A stretch of DNA of 64,000 nt from assembly GCF_009914755.1 (NCBI RefSeq), contig NC_060940.1; one strand, written 5' to 3'. A program made the translations under genes and the position numbers. Within the stretch, counting starts at the first letter, position 1; every line of letters starts with the position of its first letter. This DNA is from the human T2T-CHM13v2.0 reference genome, Homo sapiens. The notes beneath the pieces were generated by a model. It did no database searches, was not told the DNA's origin, and saw only the letters and a list, made by a program, of their open reading frames with translations. Positions 1 through 15,326 of this stretch are shown here, piece by piece.

Positions 1-2504
<2,504 letters not shown>

Positions 2505-3529
2505 CTTTTCCTTCTTTTGTAATTTTTTTCTATATAAAGTGTAGATAGTTTCCTTACCATAGAGGGGAGGCAAGTGGAATGCAGCTCCACTGAACTCGGT
2601 ATAAATGGCTGGGAAGCTGCTGAAAATTATGGCAATACCCCCTCCCCCAACCACCAGCATGATTTATAATGTGAGTTTCTGTGTTGCATTTAACATTCAT
2701 GGTGGGAGCTGTGACTGTATCCAGTGCCAGTGTAGGGGGCAACTGCTAGGCACAGATATTCTAGTTAAGGGTCCTGCTATAAGAAGGAGTGTGAGTAATT
2801 TCTGCTGCAATCAGAGAGACAGCCCGGGGAAGTAGGGAGAGCACTCTGATTTAGAGAAAATCCCACCCATCCAGATAGACTTGTTTTCTTTATCAGCCTG
2901 TCTCGGATGGCCAGGTGAAAGGGACACTACCACCAACCTTGATGGCAAAAAGTTAGTGAGCATGTGGGAAAAAAAAAGTGGTTCTGGATATATCCACTTT
3001 GAAGTCTGCCCCCAGTAAAATACAGGGCCGTTTCCTGAAGAGGACACCAGTGTTCTTGGTTATGAAGTTTTCTTCTAATGAAATTTGAGCAGAAATCTCA
3101 CTTCCAGCTGGCCAAGAAGTGATGCCCCCCGCTTGGCAGAGAAAACTGACAAGAGCCCACTCTTATCACAACTAGGCAAAGGTGGCAGGTGGCTCCCACC
3201 ACCCATCTCTTGCCTTGCCTTCTAGTCCATCTTCCTGTGAGTGGGTTTTTTGTGGCGAGTGGAGTTTAGGACCTGAGGCAGAGGGAGGTGAAGATTAGTA
3301 AAAGGTAATTGTTGAACAGGAGCATTTGTGAATAATTTAGCAACTACGTAGTTCTCCTTTCTTCCATATCTACCTATTATTTTTAACTTTCACAGTAATT
3401 AGTAAGTGAGAATTGCTCTGCAAACAGCACAGCTCCAGATTCATTTTTGTTGAGACAGACAATGAAGAAACAGAGATTTGAGAAAGCACTTGCTTATCTA
3501 GTTTCCATCATGGCCCCCTCCTCACTCGT

Positions 3530-3700
3530 AGAGCACTCTGCACCTTCCAAATCACTTTCACATCTGCTTTGTTTATTTCTCAGACAGGTGATGAGGATGG
3601 GGAGCTTTTACAGAGCTGGGGAAACTGAGGCCCAGATAAGCTCAGTGCAGCCCAAAGGGCACACTGATGGTAAGCATCCCAGCTGAGACCTGGATTCAGA
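3530..3700 (-). mobile_element. MIR SINE
   Basis: MIR core GGGGAAACTGAGGCCCAGA with typical flanks. Confidence 0.7.
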
Positions 3701-4619
3701 AAACTCTTTGTGGATGTCCTTTTTCTTTGAGGATTTCATGGCAAAAAAATTAACGAGGCTTGGTTGCCATGAGCCCTGGCGATGCCTTACTCACCTAGTG
3801 CCTGCACAGTGACAGGCTTTACCTGTGGCTGCAAACAGCCCCAGACAGGAATGAGTTCCAGCCCATAGGGGATGCCTAGACAGTGCCTGAATGAGCTGTC
3901 ACCACCCTCCTCCCTTGCTTGCTGACAGGGGCTCCTAGCCCCTCCCTGCTGTGACATTTCTCAGCATCAGAACTCAAGCAGACAAGCTCCGCTGGGCCAA
4001 GACAGTTTGGGCTATCAAAGTCTGCAGCTGTGATGGAGGCCTGGCATTTGAGTCTATTGATCAATGACAGAAGGAAAACACAAGGCGAAATATGCACCAG
4101 GAGATCTTGTTGTCAGAACCAAATAGAGGCTTCTCCTCTCTGTTTTGAAGGCAGCTGAAAAAGCGAGAGAGAGGGAGGAGGAAAAGACAACCACAAAGCC
4201 AGGAGAATGTGGCACCTGAAGGTTTTTGTTGGTGTTTAAAAGTTTAAGGTAGGGGCTGCTGAGAGCAAAGGGGCACTCGATGAGGCTCACACGGGGACAT
4301 GGCGGAAGGCAAGTTGGGTGAAGTTCTCAATTTTCAGATGGAGGCGAAGTCTGTTTGTGTTCCGCAGCCCAAATGCAAATGTTGTGGCTGTATGCTCGCA
4401 AGTTGAGAAATTTTTACCCTAGGTGCAAGACAGGCCTCGTGCCTTCTTGAACTCTACTGATGTGATCCAGTTGTGGGCATTCTTTTCTGTCTCTGTAAAT
4501 GCCAGCCCCAAAGAAAAGCTTAGGCTCAGTCCATCTTGCTTGAATGAGAAAAGATGCATCTGTCTGAAAAGGAGGGAAAAGAAGGGCCAGAGGAAGTGAA
4601 GGGACCCTCAGCATAGGGG

Positions 4620-4760
4620 AGAGCACATTGGATGGAGAAGCAAAGTACTTGGGCTGTTCTGTGATCTAGATCAAGTAGGTCATCTTCCCCGAGCCTCAGT
4701 TTCCTCATCTAAAATATAAGCGGATGAAGGTGATGTTTTTGAAAATTCCTTTGGCTCCCA
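4620..4760 (+). mobile_element. MIR/MIR3 SINE
   Basis: Core GAGCCTCAGTTTCCTCATCTAAAAT. Confidence 0.65.
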
Positions 4761-4893
4761 TGAAATGACTTCAGTAATTCATCAGCTTGCAGAGCTGGAC
4801 TGGAGTGGAGCAGAGAGCCAGGCTAACCTTTTCAAGTGCAAGAAGATGCTGTCTGGGCAGAAGTAGTACCTTGGAGAAAGGAAGCCCAGGAGG

Positions 4894-5052
4894 CTGCGAG
4901 TCCTCAAACTTTAGTGAGCATCAAGGAATGCCCAGTGAATCTTCAGAGATTCTGGCCCAGGGTGGAGGCTAAAAATCTGCATTTTTATAGTTTGGCTACT
5001 CCAGATAATTCAGATGCTGGGAACCTGTGGCCCACACACTCTGAGTGAAACC
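4894..5052. mobile_element. MER5-type hAT-Charlie MITE
   Basis: TCCTCAAACTTTAGTGAGCATCA...AATCTGCATTTTTA...CACACTCTGAGT. Confidence 0.6.
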
Positions 5053-5060
5053 GACATTAC

Positions 5061-5300
5061 TGTTAAAGACATGAGCTTTGGACTCAGAAAGCTGGGTCTA
5101 CCTGTCACCTTGAAGCTATGTGTCCTAGCCTGGTTGCTGAATCTTTCTGAGCCTCAGTTTCTTCATATTGTAGGATGGGGATGACTATACCTGCCTTACA
5201 GTGTTGAGGGAATTAAATGAGCTAATGTGTGTAAAGTACTTAGTCAAATCTAGCATGTTATAAATGGTCAGTAAATAGTAGTTGATGCTATTATCATTAT
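5061..5300 (+). mobile_element. MIR SINE
   Basis: GCTTTGGACTCAGA...TCTGAGCCTCAGTTTCTTCAT...ATTAAATGAGCTAATGTGTGTAAAGTACTTAG. Confidence 0.8.
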
Positions 5301-5608
5301 TGTCATAATTATGATATTGGAGGGGCTTCTGTAGTGAACAGTTCAGCTAGGAGAATTGGTATGAAGATTTACTCCAAGAACAATAATTCCACAGCAGCCC
5401 ATATTCATTTTTATCAACAAAAAAGAGTGCTTGCTGATGCTTAAATTTCATATGTAATATTTTAAGATCATTCACTTTTATCTTTGTAACCTCATTACTA
5501 GCTTGTTCCTGAAAGTGGCCACACATTCTGGTTTAAGGTAAGGAATTCCACCAGCCAGAGGTAAAAACTCTTCACCACTTTCATCAGCAATTGTGCGTAC
5601 TCACCCCC

Positions 5609-6015
5609 TGCATTAGTCCATTTGTGTGATCATAACAGGGATTTATAAATACATGAGTCTGGGTATTTATTAAGAACAGAAGATTGTTTTCTCACAGAGT
5701 CTGGGAATTCCAAGATCAAGGTGTCAGCAGATTTGGTGTCTGGTGTGGGCTGCACTCTGCTTCCAAGATGATGCCTTCTTGCTGCACCCTCTTCACATAG
5801 GGGAAAAGTGGAAAGGCAAAAAGGATGAACATCATGTTCTCACATGGCAGAAAAGATGGGAGGGCCAGGCTAGCCTCTCTTGTAAGATCATGAATCCCAT
5901 TCACAAGGGCCAAGTCCTTATGCCTTAGTCACCTCCCAATGGCCCTAGTTCTTAATACCATCACCTTGGGGTTAAAGTTCCAACATATGAATTTTAAAAG
6001 GACACAAACCATACA
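5609..6015 (-). mobile_element. ERVL-MaLR solo LTR (MSTC/MSTD/MLT1A-like)
   Basis: TG...CA ends (TGCATTAGTCCATT...AAACCATACA), internal CCAAGATCAAGGTGTCAGCAGATTTGGTGTCTGG, TSD CCCCC/CCTCC. Confidence 0.8.
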
Positions 6016-6341
6016 CCTCCAGATGCCCTGGTCAAACGTTGTCCTTCAGCCTTGAGCCATAATTAACTCTCTTTCCTGGCATGAAACTGAGGGGTGTGGA
6101 GGAGAGAATATAAAGGAAACCCTAAGAACCACCATAGGTTTTAGAGGAACTCAAACTCTAAAACCTACAGGGGCCAGGTAGGAATTGCCAATGTATGAAG
6201 CAGCCCCAGTAGGTAGATACTGAATGGCAAACTGGAAAGTGGGTACCCCATTTAAAGGGAGGCACCCCTGCTGAGTGTAACCACTTCTCATTCTGCAGAG
6301 GGGGGTTCTGGGTTCCCAGATGTGATTTAAAAAAGAAAGAC

Positions 6342-6674
6342 TGCTATGATCAGAATGTCTCAAATTTTATGTTAAAATTCTAAGTGATGGTATTAGGAGG
6401 TGGTCCTTTGAGAGATGCTCAGGCCACAGAGGAAGATCCCTCATGAATGAGATTAGTGCCTTATAAAAGAGATCCCAGAGAGCCGCCTTGGCACTTTCCA
6501 CTGTGTGAGGACACAGCTAGAAAAACAGTGTCAGGAAGCAAACGCCCACTAGGCAGCACCAGTGGCTTGGTCTTGGACTTCCCAGCCCCCAGAGCTGTGC
6601 AAAATAAACCTCTGTTGCTTATAAGTTACCCAGTGTAAAGGATTTTGTTATAGCCACCTGAATGGACTAAGACA
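6342..6674 (+). mobile_element. ERVL-MaLR solo LTR (MLT1A-like)
   Basis: TGCTATG...GGACTAAGACA with internal AATAAA and a perfect 5-bp TSD AAGAC (6337-6341, 6675-6679). Confidence 0.88.
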
Positions 6675-6924
6675 AAGACATGAATCCATTTTTCTTGGTG
6701 AAACCTTTTCGTAAATGTCGATTGAATTATTTCTTTTTCAACACACACACACAAAAGATCCAGAAATCCTCTACCTCCTCCAGAAAGTCATCTCTTTTTC
6801 TCCTACCCCACCCTGTCTTTCTCTCTTCCTTATCCTCCCCGTCCTCCCTCCCACCCCAGTGTTCTGTGTCTGACCCACCCTAATTACCCACAACATCCTT
6901 CTTGTTCAGGTTGTTCATTTGCTT

Positions 6925-7140
6925 ACTAAGAAGCATGGAGTTTGCTTTCAGACAGTCCTGGGTTTGAGCTCTATTCATCTATTAGTCCCAGCTCCATTAG
7001 TCAGTAGTCACATGGATGTCTCTAAGCCTCAGTTACCTCACAATAAAATGGGGATCATTGTAGTGTCTAGCCACAGTGCTGGCATAAAAGTTGAAGCACC
7101 AGGACTGACTATAGTAAATGCTGCACAAATGGTTGCTCTT
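6925..7140 (+). mobile_element. MIR SINE
   Basis: CAGACAGTCCTGGGTTTGAG...CTAAGCCTCAGTTACCTCA. Confidence 0.7.
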
Positions 7141-8139
7141 TGAGTCCAAAAACTGCATCTCCTTCATCTCCCCCACATTGCAGAGGACTGGGCATAAGGT
7201 AACATCAATTTCTTTATTCATTTTTAAGCACAGATATTTTTAACTGAGAAATGTTGATTTTAAAGATTTTATACATGTTACCATGCAGGTCATGCACAAA
7301 AAAGGAAGAAGCACTGCTTTCTAACCAGGAATACTACGAGTACAGGGATTTTGGGTTCCTATGATATTGACAACCTACAGCCACCAGCCCATCATGTGAG
7401 CTCAAGTTGATTTAGCATCTTTTGGAAAAAGTGAGAAGTCAAAAATGACCTCAAGATTATATATTTGCATATTGTCTGTGTTTTGCTCATAAAACAGGAG
7501 AAGTTGGAAATCGCAGTCCAACCAAGCTGAAAATGGATGCCCAGGACATTTCCTTCAAGGACAAATGTTGCTTCTACTTATGATTAGCTTATTCTGTGGC
7601 CTTTGATTCCAAAAGTATCAGAGACTCAGCTTCTTAAAGAAGTGTGTATATGTCAAACATACAGAGAAAGTTTGTTCGTTAGAGAGTGAGAACAAATATT
7701 TGGGTAAAACAGACCAGAGAAGGCAAACATATTTGGGATTTTGAATTTTCCAAGACTCCTTCTTTTAATGACCTAATCAATGATGGGAAAAATAAGTGCC
7801 ACTGGAAGAAAATAACCAGTGACTATTTTGGTCTAAGTGAAGTAGAGAATTACACCAAATAGAGTATATAGATAATTCATATCTGCTATCACAGGGCTGG
7901 ATTGGCAGATGAGAGTGGGAAAGAAACATAGCTTTAGGGACAAAGACACCAAAGTTCTGAAATCTAATACTGGAAAATCATGTCTTTTATCTAACAAGTG
8001 TTTACGCACTAGAGTCCCACAGGCTAGAGCTACTATTAGATAAACAGCATATAAATGTGCTTTCCACTGGAAACTATGGCTCAAACTAGAGGGTCTAGTC
8101 TGCTTTAATCCAAGTCTCGATTGTCACTCAAAATGCAGA

Positions 8140-8470
8140 GTTCAATTCAACAGTCATTTAATACACATCTATTTGTTATTGCAAACTCTGCCAAATACTG
8201 TTGAGAATAGATAGATGAACAAAGCAGATGTTGTTCCCAAGTAGCCCTTAATAAAGGGGTGGAGATAAGCGAGGTTTACATATGAATGCCATACAATGTA
8301 GAATACATAAATACCTATAAACAAAGCATGAGCAGAGTGGTGTGAGTGTGTGAGAAAAATACTATTTCAAACTGAGAAGTAAGAGGAAACTTTATGAAAT
8401 GATTAGTCCTGAAACAGAAATGGAGGATAGATAGAAATTTGATGAAAGGTGATTTAGAAGCACACTAAAT
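8140..8470 (-). mobile_element. L2 LINE 3' fragment
   Basis: TTCAATTCAACAGTCATTTAAT start followed by degenerate L2 3' sequence. Confidence 0.5.
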
Positions 8471-9059
8471 AGAAAACCCCATGGGGAAGACTCAGAAGAG
8501 AAAAGGGAATTTTGGGGGAACCCAATAAGTTCTAAAAAAAGGTTGTTAAGGGACGTAATTATCTATCAAACCATAATATTAGATTAAGTAGTTTTTAATT
8601 CTCCAGGATTAATTATGTAGTTTTTTATTATATGGTCCTAAGAAGATTATAAACATCTTGATTTCATGGAATTCTCCTCTTTTCAATTTAATAGTGCACC
8701 CTTAATAGGAGTTTAGTAGTACACATTTGACAATGAGTTAATCGTACCCAACAGAGTGTAAGTTCCTCCACTGGTTTTCAAATGTATTGAAAAAGGGATT
8801 GTAAATTCAATAAAAAGTTTATTTACATCATTATATCCAGTTTTTAGCTAAGTTCTTTGTAATAGTTAGCCTGGAATAAATGTAGTTTTATTGTCTTAAG
8901 ATTATGCGGGGTTTGCGATCAACTGCCCTTCTTTAGATCTCATCAATATCTGGCTTCTGATGTTACTTGCTCACACCTGGTTCCCAGTAAGAAGTTTGCT
9001 TCTACAAAACATAACATGCTTCCTGGTCAGCAGAGCTTTTCTCTCTGTGTCCATTGTCC

Positions 9060-9923
9060 TTGGAAAAGGTGTTGGTCCAGTCCGCTAGACCCATCCTTTT
9101 CTCTGAGAACTGCCCACCCTACTCCTGCCAGAGTATGCCTCTGGCAGGTATGTTCCCAATTATATGACCCCGCCCCCCTTAGGTACAGCTATTTGGATCA
9201 AGGGGATGCCAAATGTGCCAAATTCTCTCTCCTGGAAGATTCTGATTGTGAGATATAGAATAAGGGTGGTAAGCTGACTCAAGTCAGTGGCAACTTTCTA
9301 GAGGGGTGGCCTATGTATTGATCAGGGTTCCTTTGTTGCCAGCAGAAGAGACTGACTTGGTCGTTTATTGGAATGGGCATTTATGGTAATATAGGTACCT
9401 CATAGAATTGTTGGAAAAGCTAAAAAACTTGATAAGGCACAGAACCCAGGTGACCCTTTAATAAGTGGTAACTTTGGGAATAGTTTTATGGTAAGAACAA
9501 GCTGTTCCAGGCACTACAGCCCAAATAGATAAATCTCAACTGTTTTGAGTCTCTTAAATTTCTGATTAGTGTTCAAATTTCAGGATTAAACAGCCAATTG
9601 GACTATCTTGTGTGATATGGCTTCTTCTTAACTAGGGCCTCTGTTTATAATTCCACCAGACTGTGTTCAAAAGGGAAATAATACTTTTTCAAAAGGAAGG
9701 TTGGAATGGTGTTAGAAAGAGGAATGAATGTTGGGTAGCCTAAAATAACAATACTCAGGGTCACCAAAGAGGTCCTGCTCCAGCCTTTTCTAGAGATGTG
9801 ACTTTTCTTTCTTTCTAGGGTTCCATGAGAGGCCTCACTCTCCTTCCAGAAAATTCCTTTTTCTGTTTAAGCTGGCTTGAGTTGGTTTATGTTACTTTCA
9901 ATCAAACATTTATTAACCAAGAC
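9060..9923. mobile_element. Old ERVL/MaLR LTR remnants (LTR33/MLT1-like), probably two nested elements (inner ~9314-9750)
   Basis: Outer end AAATTCCTTTTTCTGTTTAAGCTGGCTTGAGTTGG...AACCAAGACA; inner start TGTATTGATCAGGGTTCCTTTGTTGCC. Confidence 0.55.
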
Positions 9924-11719
9924 ACCATTCATAAATTTCTACAAGAAATTAACCTCAACCTTGGCCCTCCCTTGAAACAGACCCAAGTATCGATTGGGTA
10001 GCCCACAAGAAATTAGTAACCTGTAAGATTAGAGTTGGTGTGCCCCAAGTGAGCTGTGTGCATTGGCCTTGGATCAGTGTCTCTAGTCTGTTCATTTCCA
10101 TTCACAGAGACTCTTTATGTCCATCCATGCCCTCTTCTCCAGCTCCCGAGTGGATAATAGAATAATTTTTAAATACAATAAGGGGTCTAAGGTTGGAAAT
10201 GCTCTCATAGCAAGCCAAACAAGCCCCTGGAGCCATGGTAACCATGCAGATGTGTGCTCCATTACCTTGAATCCTAGAGGAGAGAGATATGCTCACTGAA
10301 TCCCAGGGCTGCAGGGCCAGTCAAAGATAACTTTAGAGCAAGGATATTCTGCAGTCCATTTTCCTTGGATTAAGAAACAAAAGGAAATTCTCTGTTTAAG
10401 TGAGGGAATGGGCTGGGGCAGCAGCCTGAACGACATAAATTGGGTAGGGTGTGTGTAAAGGCTTGGGAGTCTTTTTCCTTAGAAATGTTCCTACTTGAAA
10501 TTGTAATATTATTATAACAGTAGCAACATGAGTAATAACAAGAGCTCAACTGCTTCAAGTAGTTGCTACATTTCTAGCTCTGTATTAAGTGCTTAAGATT
10601 AAGTGATTAAGATTAGTCATTTCTGTTAATGGATTGGTCTTTTATGCCCTTAAGAAGAACAATAGTCATGTAATATAACTAGGTTCTCCCATGCATACAC
10701 TTTTAAAGGCCCTTGTTTGCACCTCTTTTTGGACATGTAGCATTTTCTGTGTGTTTTGTGGTTTTCTAGCTCAATCAATCATCTCTTTACTAGCCGTGGT
10801 GTTGTGTGGATTTTGGGAAGTTGAAATTGGGGAATGGAACAGAAGAGTAATTAGACATGTGCCTGCCCTCAGGGAGCTCACAGCTGAATGGAAAAGACCA
10901 AAAACAAAAAAAGCAAAGAAAACACTAATAGCCAAATAATAATATCCTGTGGGTTCCCACTGATGTATTTTCCATTCCTATGGCAATGGAGAACAGACCA
11001 AAATGAGAGAATGTTTCCTTCTGGAGTAGGAAAGGGCACAGAAGAATAGAACACCAAATCCATCCCTGAAGGCTGAAAAGGTCTACAAGGTGAGTGAGAT
11101 GCTTCTTATTTCCCCTGATATGTCATGAGGATTTGAAACATTGAATTCAACTTTGAACTCTCATGCTCACCAATCTCAGGTCCTGGGAGAGGACATTGCA
11201 CCTAGTAGGTGCAATGATAAATGTTTCTCGAACTGGCTCAAAGGACATGAAGTCTCGAAGTCAGACTTGCTTGTTTTAAAAATAAAATTCAACAAGTTGT
11301 GTTTTGCTGTGAAAGGTATAGACTGGCATGTTTAAGTTGAAGTGTAAATAATTCTAAGTTTGGACTGTGTTAAAGACTTGAGATTCCTTCTTTTTTCAGA
11401 AGAGGAAGAAGGGGAGGATATATATATATAGACAGATGCAATTAATGACAGAATTTTCCAAAGTGAGGGTAAACTTCATATATTGCAGACAGCCTCCCCT
11501 GCTCATACTCTAGGTGTGTGGTCTTCCAAAGGGAAAATCCTACATTTGTTAGACATTCCAACTTGATATCAGCTCCTACCACTCTTTTTCTGCTCTCCAT
11601 ACATCCACAGAGGCCTTGCAGATGCTCCTCACACAGGATACGCCTTCCCCATCTGTATTTGCTACCATCAACATGCAATGTCTCTGAAAAGTGAAGGACA
11701 CTAGGAATCCTGATGCTTC

Positions 11720-11880
11720 CCATTACTGATTGAGTGATCTCGGACAGTGACATCCTTGGACTAAGGCTCATTCTCCTCACTGGAAAAATAAAGAGGATGG
11801 GTCATGCCCACATCCTTTACAGAGCTGTCAAAAGGATTAACTGAGATACTATGGATGAGGGTGTTTTGAAATCATTTCCA
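11720..11880 (+). mobile_element. MIR SINE
   Basis: CAGAGCTGTCAAAAGGATTAACTGAGATACTATGGATGA. Confidence 0.6.
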
Positions 11881-12415
11881 AGAGCTCTACATTTTAATGA
11901 ATTTTTGTTCTAACATTGTCTCATGTGAATTAATTGATAAGGTTACAAGTCCCTTAGGAGGTAAGGTGGAGGACTGGGAAGTTTCAACAGGGAAGCATGA
12001 GAAGAGAGATTCAAGAGATGTTGGAAAGAGACTATGAGTTCTGTACCTAGAACACTTAACCTGGGCAAAGGAGTTCACAACTGGATCCCAGAGTCTTAAA
12101 ACTGTACACAAAGCATACATAAATGTAGAGTTGTGCATTTTTCCTGAGGGACAAAGTCTTTGCTTTCGTCAGTTTCCCAAGGAGTTCCATTGTTTAGGAT
12201 GCTGATGAGGCATTGACCTGTGGTGGTGGGAGACATGCAAGAGCATAACTCCCTGCATGGGATCAGGAAGCCAGGAGCAACTTTGGGGTTAGTTTGGAGG
12301 GAGGGGTACAGAAGAGCTGGAAAGGTGATCAAATCAAACTGACTCTGCCATCATTTTGCCTGGTGCCCAACTACTCAACCAACCACCTAGCACAACCAGC
12401 TTTGTATTTTATCCC

Positions 12416-13174
12416 TGGATTAATTTGCTCCTGCTGCATAAAAACACATCCCAGAACCTAGTGGTTTAAACAATAGCGTTTATTTACTGTATGATTCTAT
12501 GGGTCAGCAATTTGGACTAGACTAAGCTGAGTGATTCTTTGGTCCCAGTTGGGCTCACTAGTGAATCTACAGTTACCTATCAAGTTGTCTGTGGGCTGGC
12601 TGATCTGGGCTGGCCTCAAGTGGGGCAGCTCATTGCTTGTTCATAGGACAGCTGGGCAGGAATCTAAGATAGCAAGAGAAAGCTTCTGGGGGCCTAGGCT
12701 CAGAATTGGCACACCATCACTTCTATGGCACTGTCACGGGCTATTCCATATTCAAGGGAAAGAGGAACAGATTCCACCTCTTGGGCTGGGTGTGGTGGTT
12801 CACTCCTGCAATCCCAGCAATTTGGGAGGCCATGGCAGGAGGATCACTTAAGGTCAGTAGTTCAAAACCAGCCTGGGCAACAAAATAATACTCTGTCTAT
12901 ACAAAAATAAAAATAGATTAGCTGGGTGTGGTAGCACCTGCCTGTAGTCCCAGCTCCTCAGGAAGCTGAGGTGGAAGGATTGTTTGAGCCAAAAAATGTG
13001 AGGCTGCAGTGAGCTATGACTATGCCTCTATACTGTAGCCTGGGTGACAGAAGGACACTCTATCTAAAAAAAAAAATACACCTCTTGATGGAATGAGCTA
13101 GATAAAGTCATATTGCAAAGGACATGGGTACAGGGAGTAATGAGGGATGGAGGCTATTTTTGCAATCAACCACA
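12416..13174 (-). mobile_element. MLT1 (H-K-like) MaLR LTR interrupted by an AluJ
   Basis: CCTAGTGGTTTAAACAATAGCG...GGGTCAGCAATTTGG...GCTATTTTTGCAATCAACCACA; the sequence resumes after the Alu TSD. Confidence 0.7.
12784..13078 (+). mobile_element. AluJ SINE
   Basis: Dimeric Alu with J-type GAGGCTGCAGTGAGCTATGA, poly(A), TSD CACCTCTTG (12775-12783, 13079-13087). Confidence 0.95.
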
Positions 13175-13465
13175 TCTCCCAACCCCACACCTAATTCATC
13201 AGCCAATTTGGGATTCCCTTCCATTTAACAGGAATTCTGTTCCCTTGATCTTATACTGACATCTTTGGCAAAAAGAGAAACCCTCACGTGGAGATCACGA
13301 ATGGGCCTAGAGAGGAGAGTGGCTTTCCCAAGGTCACACAGCAAGGAAGCAGCATGGCCAGGACCAGCACTCCCTTCTGTCATTTCTTTTCCTTTATCAG
13401 CTACATCACAACACACATCACTCTATTCCCAATGTTTGGGGACTTCTGAAAGCAGGAATCTACAT

Positions 13466-13780
13466 CAGTGTTTCTCAAAGTATTTGTAAAGGAGAACAAG
13501 TTTTTGCTGTTGTTGTTTTGTTGGTTTTATTTCTTATCCATCCTGGACCACTGGCATGCAGCTCAGGCCAGGTATGACATATCTTGTGAATTTGGCAGCA
13601 CCCAAGCTGCCTCATGATCTATTGAATGAAGCATGTCCCTGGATCACAAACTTGGATGTCACCACAATATTAAATTGCTATAAAAGTTTCTAAACACTTA
13701 CTCTTACTTTCTGCAATCATCCTCCTGCAGACTGGTAACGCACACTTGGCAGGGTGCTATCACACCCTGAGTAGCTTTTG
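13466..13780. mobile_element. hAT-Charlie DNA element (MER119-like)
   Basis: CAGTGTTTCTCAAAGT terminus, internal AAATTGCTATAAAAGTTTCTAAACACTTACTC, 8-bp TSD ATCTACAT/CTCTACAT. Confidence 0.75.
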
Positions 13781-13789
13781 CTCTACATC

Positions 13790-13980
13790 CATTGTCTCAT
13801 TCTATTTTCATCATATCCTGAGGAGGTAGGAAAACTGGGGCTTGGTGGCCCTTCTGAATCAGGTAAGGAAAGTGGAAGCCTGGAAAAGTAAAGGGCTTAT
13901 CTAAGATCACAAAGGGGTAGGCCAGGAGTAGGATGCAGGGCTCCAGACACCCCGTTCAGTGCTCTTCTTAGCCTGCACCA
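13790..13980 (-). mobile_element. MIR SINE
   Basis: TCCTGAGGAGGTAGG...CTTATCTAAGATCACA. Confidence 0.55.
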
Positions 13981-15004
13981 TGTCACTCTGCCTCCCTCAA
14001 CTGCAATTCAAAAAAAATAACCAAATGTGTTTAGTCAAAGTAATCAGCTTTCTCTTCACATCTCAAGCCTAAAGCTCAACCTGAGTTACTGAGGCTGATG
14101 AAAGTTTACCTTGCACGTTTGGGATTTATGCATTATTTACATAATCAGATTGATCCCCCTATGCTCAGAGAAACCAATTCAAAATGTAGTTACACGATAT
14201 TTCACGTTTAAGCATTTAATGGGCTCTTCATCACTCCCCTAGGAGCATGTGGGCTCCAGGGCAGTAATGAGAAGGTTTCTCCAGGGTGCTTCACAAAGCC
14301 AAGTTGCTGAGGCAGCAGAACCAGTCCCCACTTCCCTGCAACCTGTGGCTGCATTCTCCTTGGCTGACACCAGCAAAGTCAGAGAACAGGAAGTGATGGT
14401 GGTGAGAGGGCGGCAGGCCCACAGCTTGAAGAGGTCCCAGCCCTGCTTCCACTGTAGAAGGGATAAAGAATATTCACCTGCCATGTGCACCCTCCACACG
14501 GCCCAGGGAAGGGCACATTCTTGCATGACACTGTCATATTCCATGACTTAATCCAGGAGCAAATGGCTCTGGGCTGAGGTTCTGCCCATCTGTGATGCTG
14601 GGCTGTGGAGATCATATGACTCTGGTCTTAGAAGAGGCAACACCCCCCTGCCCCCAACCAAGTTCTCTTCTGGGCCTGTGCTCTGTGATGCTTCAGAGTT
14701 GAGAGGAGCCCTTTTGTCTTGACTTAGCAGACCTTACACTCCCCAGACACTATACCAGCATATAGGCAAGACAGCCAGAACCTCCATGGGACAAGCTTTA
14801 GGGGTCATAGTTTGACATGAAGACATTGAAGAAACCAGCAGGGACAATCTTGAATCTCAGAGTTCAGCAAAGAGGCCTGGATCTTTGGAATTCTGAAATT
14901 CCAGGCTGATGGAGGGAGGGTCTTTAAGCATTTCATCCAGGATTTAACCATGCTCCATATCCTTGCTGTTTTATATATTAACTATCAGATGAAATTTCCC
15001 TTGG

Positions 15005-15326
15005 GGCCAGGTACGGCTGCTCACACCTATAATCCCAGCACTTTGGAAGGCAGAGGTGCGTGGATCACTTGAGGTCAGGAGTTCCAGACCAGCCTGGCCA
15101 ACATGACAAAACCCCATCTCTACTAATACATTTTTGTATTTTGTAAAAAATAAAAAAATTAGCTGGGCGTGATGGCACATGCTTGTAATCCCAGTTACTC
15201 GGGAGGCTGAGGCACGAGAATTGCTCCCAGGAGGCAGAGGTTGCAGTAAGCCAAGATTGTGCCACTGCACTCCAGCCTGGGTGACAGAGGGAGACTGTGT
15301 CTTAAAAACAAAGGAAAAGAAAAAAA
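15005..15326 (+). mobile_element. AluS (Sx/Sz-like) SINE with rearranged linker
   Basis: Full dimer, CACTTGAGGTCAGGAGTT, A-rich tail, degenerate TSD AAATTTCCCTTG/AAATTTTTCTTTG. Confidence 0.95.

Noticed and set aside
2725-3140. CTCF-like motifs (CAGTGTAGGGGGCAAC; rc CCAAGCGGGGGGCATC)
   Set aside because: Both mismatch key core positions; not supportable without ChIP data.
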